Shown: in pieces, positions 35,364 through 44,257 of the stretch | How the letters are laid out: each line of letters opens with the position of its first letter | Position numbering within the stretch: the first letter of the stretch is position 1 | DNA from: Patescibacteria group bacterium | Lineage (GTDB): Bacteria > Patescibacteriota > WWE3 > UBA101185 > 2-01-FULL-41-18 | Direction of reading: 5' to 3' | Length of the DNA: 59,194 nt | NCBI GenBank assembly: GCA_038064575.1 | Contig: JBBTST010000011.1 | Coordinates: 1 to 59,194 of the forward strand | Notes under the pieces: model-generated | The model's input: only the letters and a program-made list of their open reading frames with translations | What the model was told of the DNA's origin: nothing | Databases searched by the model: none | Position numbers and translations under genes: made by a program

Positions 35364-36581
35364 GTGATCAAATTTAAGAAAATAAGTTTAAGTTTCTTAG
35401 CAATCTTTTATTTTTCTTCTCTGGTAGGACCAGGCCCCAAAAAGGCCTTAGCAACAATAGTTTTTGATCCTTACTACCCAGTTTATGTAAATCAAGAAAA
35501 AGCCGTGATTTTATACGATAAGTCTTCTGGTAAGGAAACTCTGATTATATCTCCTACATTTCAGGGCTCAGCAAAAGAATTTGGCCTTCTTATACCAACT
35601 CCTACAAAACCGACCGTTGATACAGTCAGGAGTGATGTGTTCACAACTCTTGAACAAATAACAAGCCCTAAATATTATCCTTATGCAACAAGAGGATTAG
35701 AGTCGTTTTCAGGGTTATCACTTTCTCAAGCACCCTCAAAAGAAAGTGCTGACTATGTAACAGTAGTTGAAACCAATGGCGTGGATGTTTATGAAACGTC
35801 AATCTTAGAAGCCACCAATGAAGAAGCTCTGGCAAAATGGCTAAAAGAAAATGGATACACAGTTCCTAATTCTGCTGATTTTGTTATTAAGGACTATATT
35901 AAAAAAGGTTACTTTTTTGTGGCTGCAAAGATAGACACAAGTGCTCTTGGTCCTTTTGTTGAGGGACAGTTAAAAAATGGCCATATCAACCCACTAAGAA
36001 TAGTATTTGAATCTAAAAACCTTTTTTATCCTGTCAAAATTACCGGAGCGCTGCTTGCCGAATCAATCAATCCCAAACCAAGGCTGCCTTCCAACCCTGT
36101 AGTTCAGGAAGAAAATACAAAAGTGACTGTCATCCTACCAGAACCTCAGCCTTCTCCAGACAGACCTGTTGAAATACCAACACCCTACCCATACCCCTAT
36201 CCTACCCCGTTCAAACCCTCTTATGTAACTTACACTTTTTATATTATTGGGGATCACAAAAAGGAGCTCCCAGGATTCTCAACTATGTACGCAGGAGCAC
36301 TAAAGAAGGAGTCTCTTGAAAAATTAATAACAGATGAAAACAGCAATTTGCTGTTGAGCACCTCTGACAAGAAATTTATTACAAAACTTACAAAAAGCAT
36401 GAACTTCTCTGAAATGAATAACGATTTATTAATAAGGGATGCAAAAGACAACGAACCAGTGGGAACAGGTGAAATTTATGTTGAAAATCCGACCAGACTT
36501 GTGCTTATTGTTGCAACACCTATTATCCTTGAAGCTCTGGTTATACTTGTAATTCTCTTAAGAAAGAGGAAAAAGTTATGA
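35364..36581 (+). CDS. Secreted, C-terminally anchored protein, possibly DUF2330 family
   Basis: Signal peptide, 'EKAVILYDKSSGKETLIISPTFQG...FGLLIPTP', 'WLKENGYTVP...YIKKGYFFVAAKID', a P-rich linker and a C-terminal TM helix plus 'RKRKKL'. The family call is from memory. Confidence 0.4.
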   Translation: MIKFKKISLSFLAIFYFSSLVGPGPKKALATIVFDPYYPVYVNQEKAVILYDKSSGKETLIISPTFQGSAKEFGLLIPTPTKPTVDTVRSDVFTTLEQITSPKYYPYATRGLESFSGLSLSQAPSKESADYVTVVETNGVDVYETSILEATNEEALAKWLKENGYTVPNSADFVIKDYIKKGYFFVAAKIDTSALGPFVEGQLKNGHINPLRIVFESKNLFYPVKITGALLAESINPKPRLPSNPVVQEENTKVTVILPEPQPSPDRPVEIPTPYPYPYPTPFKPSYVTYTFYIIGDHKKELPGFSTMYAGALKKESLEKLITDENSNLLLSTSDKKFITKLTKSMNFSEMNNDLLIRDAKDNEPVGTGEIYVENPTRLVLIVATPIILEALVILVILLRKRKKL

Positions 36582-37276
36582 TTGATGTTTATTCCCCACC
36601 TCTAAGAAGACTCCCTTATCTTGCGGATTTTGATTTTGTGAGTGTTCTGCTGCTTGTGTTATTTGCCCCTCTGGCTATTTTTATAGTTAAACTTGCTCTG
36701 TCAAAGGGGAGTTTTGAAGAGAAATTGGAAGTTGTTAAGAAAAGCTATTTATTTGCTGGATCTTTTATCTCCCTCATTGTTTTCTATCTGGTATTGGCAG
36801 ATCTTATCAATATTGTAATAAATTTATTATCAGGAAACTTCTCAACTGTCTTAACAAGTGTTCTTAGCGGTGGCCTTTCAGGTTATGGAACACCTTCCTT
36901 TGAAACCGTAGCAAAAGGTTTATCTTACAGAGTATCAATAGCTTTGGTCTTTATGCCTTTGTTTGCCTACCACTTTATAGAGGCATTGACACCTCTTAAA
37001 ACTCAAACCCAAGATTTAACAACCTTGTTCAAAATACTCAGAAACTTATACTTGTGGATGATAATTCTTTTGTTTTCTATAATACTCCTAGGTTTTGGTA
37101 TTGGACTTATAAACAAAGCTTTACAATACGCCCTTGGCGTAAAAGGGATAACTCTTTCAGAAATCGCAGCGCCTTTAAGTTTTACAGTGCCGGCGGTGCT
37201 GTTTCACATTCTTCATATAATTACGCTTAAGAAAAAAGAGAATCACTTAGACAGGACACTTCTAAAAGCCTCTTGA
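36578..37276 (+). CDS. Hypothetical polytopic membrane protein
   Basis: 232-aa ORF overlapping the upstream stop by 4 nt, with 5-6 TM helices. Its 3' end overlaps convergent lepA by 34 nt. Confidence 0.5.
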   Translation: MIDVYSPPLRRLPYLADFDFVSVLLLVLFAPLAIFIVKLALSKGSFEEKLEVVKKSYLFAGSFISLIVFYLVLADLINIVINLLSGNFSTVLTSVLSGGLSGYGTPSFETVAKGLSYRVSIALVFMPLFAYHFIEALTPLKTQTQDLTTLFKILRNLYLWMIILLFSIILLGFGIGLINKALQYALGVKGITLSEIAAPLSFTVPAVLFHILHIITLKKKENHLDRTLLKAS

Positions 37277-39108
37277 GGGATGTCCACCCTCCCAAATCTT
37301 TTGAGTCGTTTCTTTCCTTCTTTTTGTTTCTCCATTAACTTGTCTTTTCTTTCTCTATGCCCACCGGACATTTTAGACAGAACATCTTTTCTCATTGCGG
37401 AAATTGTCTCTCTTGCAATTACTTTTCCACCTATTGCTGCCTGAAGCGCAACCTCAAACTGATGCTTTGGTATGACACTCTTAAGACTCAGTAAAAGGCC
37501 TCTTGCAACCTTTTGTGCGGATTCTTCTACAACAACAAAAGACAGCGGCTCAACAACAGAACCATGGACCAGAATATCAACCTTAACGGCATTAACCTCT
37601 CTATAATCTAAGAAATCATAATCCATACTTGCATAACCAGAAGACACAGACTTTAAACTGTCATAAAAGTTTAGTATTAGCTCTGAAAGTGGCATTTCAT
37701 ATTCAAGATGAACATTTTGAGGAGTTAGATATTCCATAGTTTTTAAAGTACCTCTATGCTCTTCACAAAGCTGAATTACACCACCAAGGAAATTTGAAGG
37801 AACAAAAACTTTAATAAGTATCCAAGGTTCTTTTATAAAAGCTATGTGGGAAGGGTTAGGAAATTGCCCTGGGGACCTAATTTCAAATTCTTCTTGTGAA
37901 GTAGTTGTAAGCTTGTAAGAGACGTTTGGCGTTGAGGAAAGAAGATTGAGATTGTACTCCCTCTCAAGTCTTTCTTGAACAACATCAGCATGCAAAAGCC
38001 CTAAAAACCCGCATCTAAAACCAAAACCTAGTGCGGAGCTTGACTCGGGCTCAAAACTTAGCGCTGAATCTGAAAGACTAAGTTTTGACAAAGCCTCTCT
38101 AAATTCCGGAAACTTGTCATTATCAACAGGATACAAAGACAAAAACACTACCGGTTTTGCCTCTTTATAACCCGGAAGCGGCTCCGCAATGTTTCTTGCA
38201 AAGGTTATAGTATCTCCGACTCTGACTTTTTTAATTTCTTTTAGACCAGTGGCAATATACCCCACCTCTCCAGTTTTTAAAAAATCAACTTTTTTTCTTG
38301 AGGGGGAAAACACCCCCAACTCCTCAGGGATAGCTAGAGCACCAGTAGCTAAAAATTTAAGGTTTTCTCTTTTTGATAAATCTCCTACTAAGATTTCTCC
38401 GTCCGCCACCTTAACAACAGCAACAACCCCCAAATGTTCGTCAAAAAATGAATCAAAGATCAAAGACCTGAAAGGTTTAAGGTGACTTCCTTTAGGTGGG
38501 GGAATTCTTTTAACAACCTCCTCCAAAAGTTTTTCCACATTTTGTCCTGTTTTTGCGGATACAAACAGTAAATCTTCTTTTTTGAAGCCAAAAGTTTTGA
38601 TCACATCTTCTGCAACTCTTTCAGGCTCACTCATTGGAAGATCAATTTTATTAATTACTGGAATAATTGTTAGGTTGGCTTCAAGTGCTTTATAAATATT
38701 TGAGAGGGTTTGCGCCTGAATACCCTGAGTGGCATCAACCACCAGTATTGCCCCTTCGCAGGCGGCTAGGGACCTGGACACTTCATAGGAAAAATCTACA
38801 TGTCCTGGCGTATCAATTAAATTAAGCTCATAACTATTGCCTGCGCTTTCAAAGAACATTCTCACCGCTTTGAGCTTTATTGTTATACCCTTCTCCCGCT
38901 CTAAGTCCATGCTATCTAGCATCTGCTCTTTCATATCCCTTTTTGTAAGGGTTCCTGTCAATTCCAAAAATCTATCAGCAAGAGTAGATTTTCCATGATC
39001 AATATGTGCAATGATTGAGAAGTTTCTAATGTTTTCCACAAAGGGGATTCTAACACAAACACTTGTTTTGAAGACCCACCCAAGAACAAGAGCTATGGGC
39101 AAAACCAC
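37243..39108 (-). CDS. lepA: Elongation factor 4 (LepA)
   Basis: 'IRNFSIIAHIDHGKSTLADR', 'DTPGHVDF' and the LepA-specific C-terminal domain. The GTG at 39108 has GGAGAGG upstream; an alternative GTG at 39039 would give the canonical N-terminus. Confidence 0.9.
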   Translation of the reverse strand: MVLPIALVLGWVFKTSVCVRIPFVENIRNFSIIAHIDHGKSTLADRFLELTGTLTKRDMKEQMLDSMDLEREKGITIKLKAVRMFFESAGNSYELNLIDTPGHVDFSYEVSRSLAACEGAILVVDATQGIQAQTLSNIYKALEANLTIIPVINKIDLPMSEPERVAEDVIKTFGFKKEDLLFVSAKTGQNVEKLLEEVVKRIPPPKGSHLKPFRSLIFDSFFDEHLGVVAVVKVADGEILVGDLSKRENLKFLATGALAIPEELGVFSPSRKKVDFLKTGEVGYIATGLKEIKKVRVGDTITFARNIAEPLPGYKEAKPVVFLSLYPVDNDKFPEFREALSKLSLSDSALSFEPESSSALGFGFRCGFLGLLHADVVQERLEREYNLNLLSSTPNVSYKLTTTSQEEFEIRSPGQFPNPSHIAFIKEPWILIKVFVPSNFLGGVIQLCEEHRGTLKTMEYLTPQNVHLEYEMPLSELILNFYDSLKSVSSGYASMDYDFLDYREVNAVKVDILVHGSVVEPLSFVVVEESAQKVARGLLLSLKSVIPKHQFEVALQAAIGGKVIARETISAMRKDVLSKMSGGHRERKDKLMEKQKEGKKRLKRFGRVDIPQEAFRSVLSK

Positions 39109-39135
39109 TCCTAGCCTCTCCCAAAAAGGGGAAAT

Positions 39136-40803
39136 TTAAGAAAGTTCCGTTGTAGTCCCTTCTGGCATGGAACTTGCCCCTTTTAGAGCTTCAATACTTG
39201 GTCTAACCTTAAATCTGGAAACAAGCGAGTATAACAAGTCCACTTCTTTTACAGCAAACATTCTGGTAAAAAACAAATAAGAAACTATACCAAAACTTGT
39301 TGCAATTATTGTTAAAAAAATTAGTGGGACTGTCCTTGTGGTATCAAAGATAAATTTTTCTAAAATCTTCATTGGGGCATACAAAGAAATTCCCATAAAA
39401 AATGCTGCATAGCTTATTTTTACAAAAGGCTCTATCAATGTATTTGAATCAAACCACCCAACCTTTTTACCAAGTAGATGTAATAAGATCAAAAAATCAA
39501 AGATGCTACTTATGGAATAAGAAAGGGCTATAGACCACACACCAAAATTTAAATATTTAATAAAGAAAACGGATAATAAAATATCAAACGGAACTGAAAA
39601 AAACATAACTTTAAGAGGTGTTCTGGTGTCTTTTATTGCATAGAAGGCTCTTGTTATTAAATAAGTTGCTGCTTGAGAAAAAATTGAGAAGCTGAAAAAG
39701 GCTACGGAGTAAGATGTTAGAATTGTAGCTTCCCAAGAAAACTTTGAAGCTCCATAAACAAGTCTAACCAGTGGAACTCGCAAAACTAAAAGAATTATAG
39801 AAATAGGTATGACTAAAAAAAGCATCTGGTGCAGGGAAGTTAGGAAAGTGTCTTTAAACTTTGAGAAATCTTTGTCATCTGATTCCAAAGAAAGTGTAGG
39901 CAGCGCGGCAGAGGCTATAGACACACCAAAAAGATTTACGGGAAAGCTTTGGAGCTGCTCGGCAAATTTGAAAATTACTACGGAAGGAGCTGAAATCAAT
40001 ATGGCCAAAGAGGTATCAATAATTGCTGATACCTGATAAAAAACCGTGGCAAGAAGGCGGTGTGGTATTAGGCCCATAAGTTCTGACACACCCTCCTCTT
40101 TTAGGTTAATAGAGAAAGAGTGTTTGAACTTTATCTTTCTAAGCAGTGGGAGCTGAACCAAAAGATGAAAAAAGGAACCAATCACTACCCCATAAGCTGC
40201 TCCATAAATTCCTAAAAAAGGCGTCAAAAAAACAACTCCTAAAATCATTCCAATGTTATAAAGTATTGGTGCAAGCGCGGGAATTATAAAATATCTGAAG
40301 GATTGCAAAATAACACTTATAAAACTTGAAAAAATCAATACAAACTGGGCAAGCATCATAATCCTCATAAGGGACGCACCAAGAAGCAGACCCTCCTTGG
40401 AAAGGTGACCGGCAGAAAGTCCTAACATAACTTGCCTGGCAAAAATAAATGCCAAAACACCAAACACAGAGAAAGTAAGCAACGAAATATTTATTACGGT
40501 TGAGGAAAGTTTCCAAGCACAGTCCTGATCTTTTTTCATAATTGATGCAAAAATTGGCATGAAAACTGCAGATAAAGTTCCAACAACTAAAAGGCTGTAA
40601 ATAAAGGAAGGGATCCTATCCGCCACAAAAAACACTCCAAGTTCAAAAGAATCTCCAAAATAAGTTGCTAAAACCCTTGTTCTCACAAAGGAGAGTCCTG
40701 CGGAGATTGCATAAGCAAAGGATAATATCGATGCTGCAGAGATTATGGTTTTCTGGGTTTGAAATAAAAAAGAAGTGCCATTTTTAACCATTGACTTGAC
40801 CAT
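39136..40803 (-). CDS. murJ: Lipid II flippase MurJ (MviN)
   Basis: 555 aa with about 14 TM helices and a MurJ-type N-terminus 'AASILSFAYAISAGLSFVRTRVLATYFG'. Confidence 0.8.
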   Translation of the reverse strand: MVKSMVKNGTSFLFQTQKTIISAASILSFAYAISAGLSFVRTRVLATYFGDSFELGVFFVADRIPSFIYSLLVVGTLSAVFMPIFASIMKKDQDCAWKLSSTVINISLLTFSVFGVLAFIFARQVMLGLSAGHLSKEGLLLGASLMRIMMLAQFVLIFSSFISVILQSFRYFIIPALAPILYNIGMILGVVFLTPFLGIYGAAYGVVIGSFFHLLVQLPLLRKIKFKHSFSINLKEEGVSELMGLIPHRLLATVFYQVSAIIDTSLAILISAPSVVIFKFAEQLQSFPVNLFGVSIASAALPTLSLESDDKDFSKFKDTFLTSLHQMLFLVIPISIILLVLRVPLVRLVYGASKFSWEATILTSYSVAFFSFSIFSQAATYLITRAFYAIKDTRTPLKVMFFSVPFDILLSVFFIKYLNFGVWSIALSYSISSIFDFLILLHLLGKKVGWFDSNTLIEPFVKISYAAFFMGISLYAPMKILEKFIFDTTRTVPLIFLTIIATSFGIVSYLFFTRMFAVKEVDLLYSLVSRFKVRPSIEALKGASSMPEGTTTELS

Positions 40804-40834
40804 AGCAAGCTATATGGTATCATAGCTTCCGCCT

Positions 40835-41125
40835 ATGCCAAACATCAAATCGGCCCAGAAAGCCCTAAGACAATCAAGAAAAAGACACTCCAAAAACTCT
40901 TCAGACAAGGAGAAAATCAAGGTTTTACTAAGATCCTTAAGGATTACAAAGTCCAATCCTGATATACTGAACGAAGAGTTTAACAAGTTACAAAGCGTTC
41001 TGGACAAAGCTTCAAAAAACAATATTATTCACAAGAATAAGGTTGCAAGGCTTAAGTCCAGAATCTATAAAGCTGCCCATGCTGCAACCCACACAGCCAA
41101 AACAAGAAAGACCCAGAAACCCTAA
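40835..41125 (+). CDS. rpsT: 30S ribosomal protein S20
   Basis: 'MPNIKSAQKALRQSRKRHSKN', with a basic, helical 96-aa sequence. Confidence 0.9.
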   Translation: MPNIKSAQKALRQSRKRHSKNSSDKEKIKVLLRSLRITKSNPDILNEEFNKLQSVLDKASKNNIIHKNKVARLKSRIYKAAHAATHTAKTRKTQKP

Positions 41126-41180
41126 TCTTATTAGTCCCAATGAGATTCTTTCCACAAACAAATTAAGGGTAGTTGAGAAA

Positions 41181-41639
41181 GTGCTAAAAACAAGCGGTAC
41201 TGTTTTGGTCCTGGTCCAGTTCTTCACACTCTTTCTGGTAATAAGACTAATAGTAATTTCAACTCAGGTACAAGAAGCTGATAAAAAGTTGTCTGCACAA
41301 TATAAAGAGGTGTTAAGTCTAGGAGAATTTGAGAGAGATGTAAAAAAACTTCAAAAAAAAATAAATGCGTTTAAGTTGATCAGAGAACAAAATTTAAAAG
41401 TCCAAGATAAAGTAGACCTTGTTTATAAATCAACGCCATATGAAATAGAACTATTGGGAATGGGCTACGAAGGTGGTGCCATTTCCTTGATTCTTAAAAC
41501 TCAAAAAGGGGAGTATTTTACCAAGTTTATTTCCAGTTTTCTTCAGTCTGGAAAGGTATCCTTTATTGCCCTCACCAGAGCTTTGTATAGGACTGACACC
41601 GATTACTATGATTTTGAGGTAACAATTTATTTAAAATAG
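41181..41639 (+). CDS. Bitopic membrane protein, PilN-like (tentative)
   Basis: A short cytoplasmic N-terminus, one TM helix ('VLVLVQFFTLFLVIRLIVI'), a coiled coil and then a beta-rich domain. The track ORF begins at 41043 inside rpsT, so an internal GTG at 41181 is proposed. Confidence 0.3.
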   Translation: MLKTSGTVLVLVQFFTLFLVIRLIVISTQVQEADKKLSAQYKEVLSLGEFERDVKKLQKKINAFKLIREQNLKVQDKVDLVYKSTPYEIELLGMGYEGGAISLILKTQKGEYFTKFISSFLQSGKVSFIALTRALYRTDTDYYDFEVTIYLK

Positions 41640-41640
41640 T

Positions 41641-42234
41641 ATGAAAGACCAAGGAGTTAGGTTCTGGAGCAGATACACAAGAGAATACCTTTATGAACCG
41701 GCCAAAAAAGCCTCGTTAACTACTTTTCTTATAGGAGCTTATATAACTAGCCTATACATTCTTGGTATTGGTCCCTTACTTAAGAAAATTGATGTTAAAA
41801 AGTCTATGCTTAGTGAGAGGGAGAAAACTATAGCCCTTACAGACGAACGTTTAAAAAATATTAAAAGCTTAAAACCCCTTTATAGAGAAGCCGAGCAAGA
41901 AGTTTTGGAGCTTAATGAGTCTATTCCAAACAATGAAGGGCTCTCCAATTTTATTGAAAATATATTTTTTACAACCTCAAATAATGAGTTTAGAATTGTA
42001 TATCTGAGCCCGAATTCAATTCTTGGGGAAGATAACCTGATTACAACAAACATCACCCTCCACCTTGAGGGAAACCCTAACAATATATTAAAGTTAGTCA
42101 AGGATCTGGAGGGGAGCACAAGATTTATTGGCATTAAGAGCTTTAATATCAACAAAGACACAAACACTCTCTATGATGAAGGTAAAGTTTTCATGATTAT
42201 TTCAATATATGCAATAAAGGATCAGGCACTATGA
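41641..42234 (+). CDS. Bitopic membrane protein, PilO-like (tentative)
   Basis: Its ATG lies 1 nt after the upstream stop. It has one TM helix, a coiled coil and a C-terminal alpha/beta domain. Confidence 0.3.
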   Translation: MKDQGVRFWSRYTREYLYEPAKKASLTTFLIGAYITSLYILGIGPLLKKIDVKKSMLSEREKTIALTDERLKNIKSLKPLYREAEQEVLELNESIPNNEGLSNFIENIFFTTSNNEFRIVYLSPNSILGEDNLITTNITLHLEGNPNNILKLVKDLEGSTRFIGIKSFNINKDTNTLYDEGKVFMIISIYAIKDQAL

Positions 42235-42407
42235 TAAAACAAGCCGCTTTTTTGATATGGACATCTCTTTTAAGTGTAGTATTATTACTAGTATTGGAGA
42301 TAAACCCACCCTATAGGGGAATAGATATACCAAGGGGTTTGCAAGATTTTGTGAGCATTGATACAAAATCAATAGATTTTGATGCTCTCAGAAACCTTTC
42401 CAGATAA
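42231..42407 (+). CDS. Small (58 aa) single-TM protein, translationally coupled (ATGA overlap)
   Basis: It falls below the ORF-track cutoff. Translation gives MIKQAAFLIWTSLLSVVLLLVLEINPPYRG..., and the ATG overlaps the TGA of the preceding gene. Confidence 0.3.
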   Translation: MIKQAAFLIWTSLLSVVLLLVLEINPPYRGIDIPRGLQDFVSIDTKSIDFDALRNLSR

Positions 42408-42415
42408 ACCTGCCT

Positions 42416-42874
42416 ATGAACGATTACGAAGCAAAAAGAGGATTTTTAACGTTTTTTGTAACACTTGTGGTTGCTGTCGGTATTTTCTTATCTGCTTATT
42501 ACACAATCAACACACTTAATACCACATCTACTGTTAAAGAGGAGAATAAAAGTAGTTTATCAGATACTCCTAAACAAGAACTCCCACCAACCGCAGATAA
42601 TAAGACCAGTGTTTTTGCAAATTTAGTGACAGAAACTCCTACAAACACAGTTGCCAAACGAGTAGTTATAGAAACCGAGGACTCACCAAAAGTTTTGGGA
42701 GCAGCAGGGCCTAGTGAATCAACATCGGGTGCTGTTCCTACAACAGGTTCCAATGGCATTTCTTTGTTAATACTTGTTGGCAGTAGTTTTGTGCTTATCC
42801 TTGCTTACTTAACCAAAAACAAAGCCCGCGCTTATGCTCTGAAAACTTTTGAAAAAAGAGCCAGACAAAGCTAA
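42416..42874 (+). CDS. Putative sortase substrate: low-complexity surface protein with a VPTTG sorting signal
   Basis: An N-terminal signal/anchor helix and a T/S/P/E-rich segment, then 'VPTTG' (nt 42734-42748), a hydrophobic helix and a basic tail 'KNKARAY...'. The gene is convergent with the adjacent sortase gene. Confidence 0.5.
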   Translation: MNDYEAKRGFLTFFVTLVVAVGIFLSAYYTINTLNTTSTVKEENKSSLSDTPKQELPPTADNKTSVFANLVTETPTNTVAKRVVIETEDSPKVLGAAGPSESTSGAVPTTGSNGISLLILVGSSFVLILAYLTKNKARAYALKTFEKRARQS

Positions 42875-43563
42875 TTGGTTAATTTTCCAACAATCAATAA
42901 TCTCAAAACTTTAGAACCCGGGGGAACGCAAGTCAGTAAGGTCACTGTGGAGGAATCCTTAGGCAGAAACTGTGATTGCTGCTCAAAAACCTTTACATAG
43001 GACGGTTTAAGAGTAAGCTTTTCAACAACAACATAGGTAAAAGAATTACCCGCAAAATCCACATAAAACTTATCCCCCTCCTTAAGTTGAGGCAATGTTG
43101 AAAAGATTGTTCTGTAATCATGTGGGTTAAAAAAAACAGGAAGGACCGAATGGCCGTAAATCAGCGCATTTCCTGGCTCCCCCGGATAAGAAGTACCCTT
43201 ATAATGCCCAAGTAACAGATCAGGACTTAAACTTTTAGCATTAGTTTCCACTTTTGCATTAACTATTTTCAACTTTGGGATAGTCAAAGAAAAAGTGGCA
43301 GGAAGATGCTTAACCGCGAGGGAGGAGGATGCCTCATTTAACAACTCGTTAAAACTAAAACGGTCAAAACCGGCAACCTTTTTGACGCCTCCAGGAATAA
43401 CGGGGTTATCAAAAACCCTGCTAACTTTAAAATTAAGATATGGAAAAACAAAAAAAACAAATATTACTGTTAAAAAGAGAAGAAGCACCACCGCCGGCAG
43501 CGCAACTGAGATGATAAAAAAAGATATGTTAACCTTTCTTAGAGTGTTTTGAATAAGCTTCAT
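42871..43563 (-). CDS. Sortase-family transpeptidase
   Basis: An N-terminal TM anchor, catalytic His in 'ALIYGHSV', the 'TVTLLTCVPPG' (TLxTC) motif and a downstream Arg in 'KVLRLLIV'. Confidence 0.75.
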   Translation of the reverse strand: MKLIQNTLRKVNISFFIISVALPAVVLLLFLTVIFVFFVFPYLNFKVSRVFDNPVIPGGVKKVAGFDRFSFNELLNEASSSLAVKHLPATFSLTIPKLKIVNAKVETNAKSLSPDLLLGHYKGTSYPGEPGNALIYGHSVLPVFFNPHDYRTIFSTLPQLKEGDKFYVDFAGNSFTYVVVEKLTLKPSYVKVFEQQSQFLPKDSSTVTLLTCVPPGSKVLRLLIVGKLTN

Positions 43564-44252
43564 AGCTTTGCAGTTACTTTTTCAATCACAAGTGGAAGGA
43601 GTAGTTCACTGCTTATTTTTCCACCTTTGATAAGCTTATCAACCTCATACATAACTGTGTAAAGGTTACTGACATACAACTTATTAAAATGCTTTGCCTG
43701 AACTTTTATCTTAGACTTAACAAAAGGGTGCAGCTTTTCAAAAGATGTGCTGCCATAAACAAAAAATGCTATATTTCTCAAAGCGTAAGTAATCATGGAA
43801 AAAACAGAAAGGATCTCCTCACCCTGCAAAAGTAAACTATTACACGAGTTATAGGCCTCCTTCTTTTTCCCTTCAAATAAAAGATCCAGAAAGTTAAATA
43901 TGCTGATATCAAAGTCTTTAGTAAACTCCTTAACCACTACATCTTTTGGTAAGTTTTTCAAAAGTACATGCCCTTTTTCAAGCTTTTTTGGAGCATAAAA
44001 AAGAATGCTATTTTGTGCTTGCATTGTTATCAAGCTTTTCACTTGAGAAAAATCAAATTTGGCGTTTGCTGGTATATCTATCACAAAAAGTTTGGAGGGA
44101 TTAAAAAGGTCTTGTGAGTAATATAATGAGGAAAGCTCCCCTGGTTTAATCTCTAAAAGTTTTATATTTTCTCTCAAAGAGAAGTTTTGAGCTAAAAGCC
44201 TTATTTCCTCCAATAAAAAAACTTCATCATTTCCGTGAAATACGTAAATCAT
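43560..44252 (-). CDS. holA: DNA polymerase III delta subunit (HolA)-like, short
   Basis: 'MIYVFHGNDEVFLLEEI' N-terminus, a helical C-terminal half, and a 230-aa size. Confidence 0.5.
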   Translation of the reverse strand: MIYVFHGNDEVFLLEEIRLLAQNFSLRENIKLLEIKPGELSSLYYSQDLFNPSKLFVIDIPANAKFDFSQVKSLITMQAQNSILFYAPKKLEKGHVLLKNLPKDVVVKEFTKDFDISIFNFLDLLFEGKKKEAYNSCNSLLLQGEEILSVFSMITYALRNIAFFVYGSTSFEKLHPFVKSKIKVQAKHFNKLYVSNLYTVMYEVDKLIKGGKISSELLLPLVIEKVTAKL

Positions 44253-44257
44253 ATCAA

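Noticed and set aside
41043-41180. 5' part of the 198-aa ORF overlapping rpsT in another frame
   Set aside because: S20 is unambiguous over 40835-41125. The overlapping segment encodes a P/Q-rich peptide with no ATG, so the real start is more likely internal (for example the GTG at 41181).
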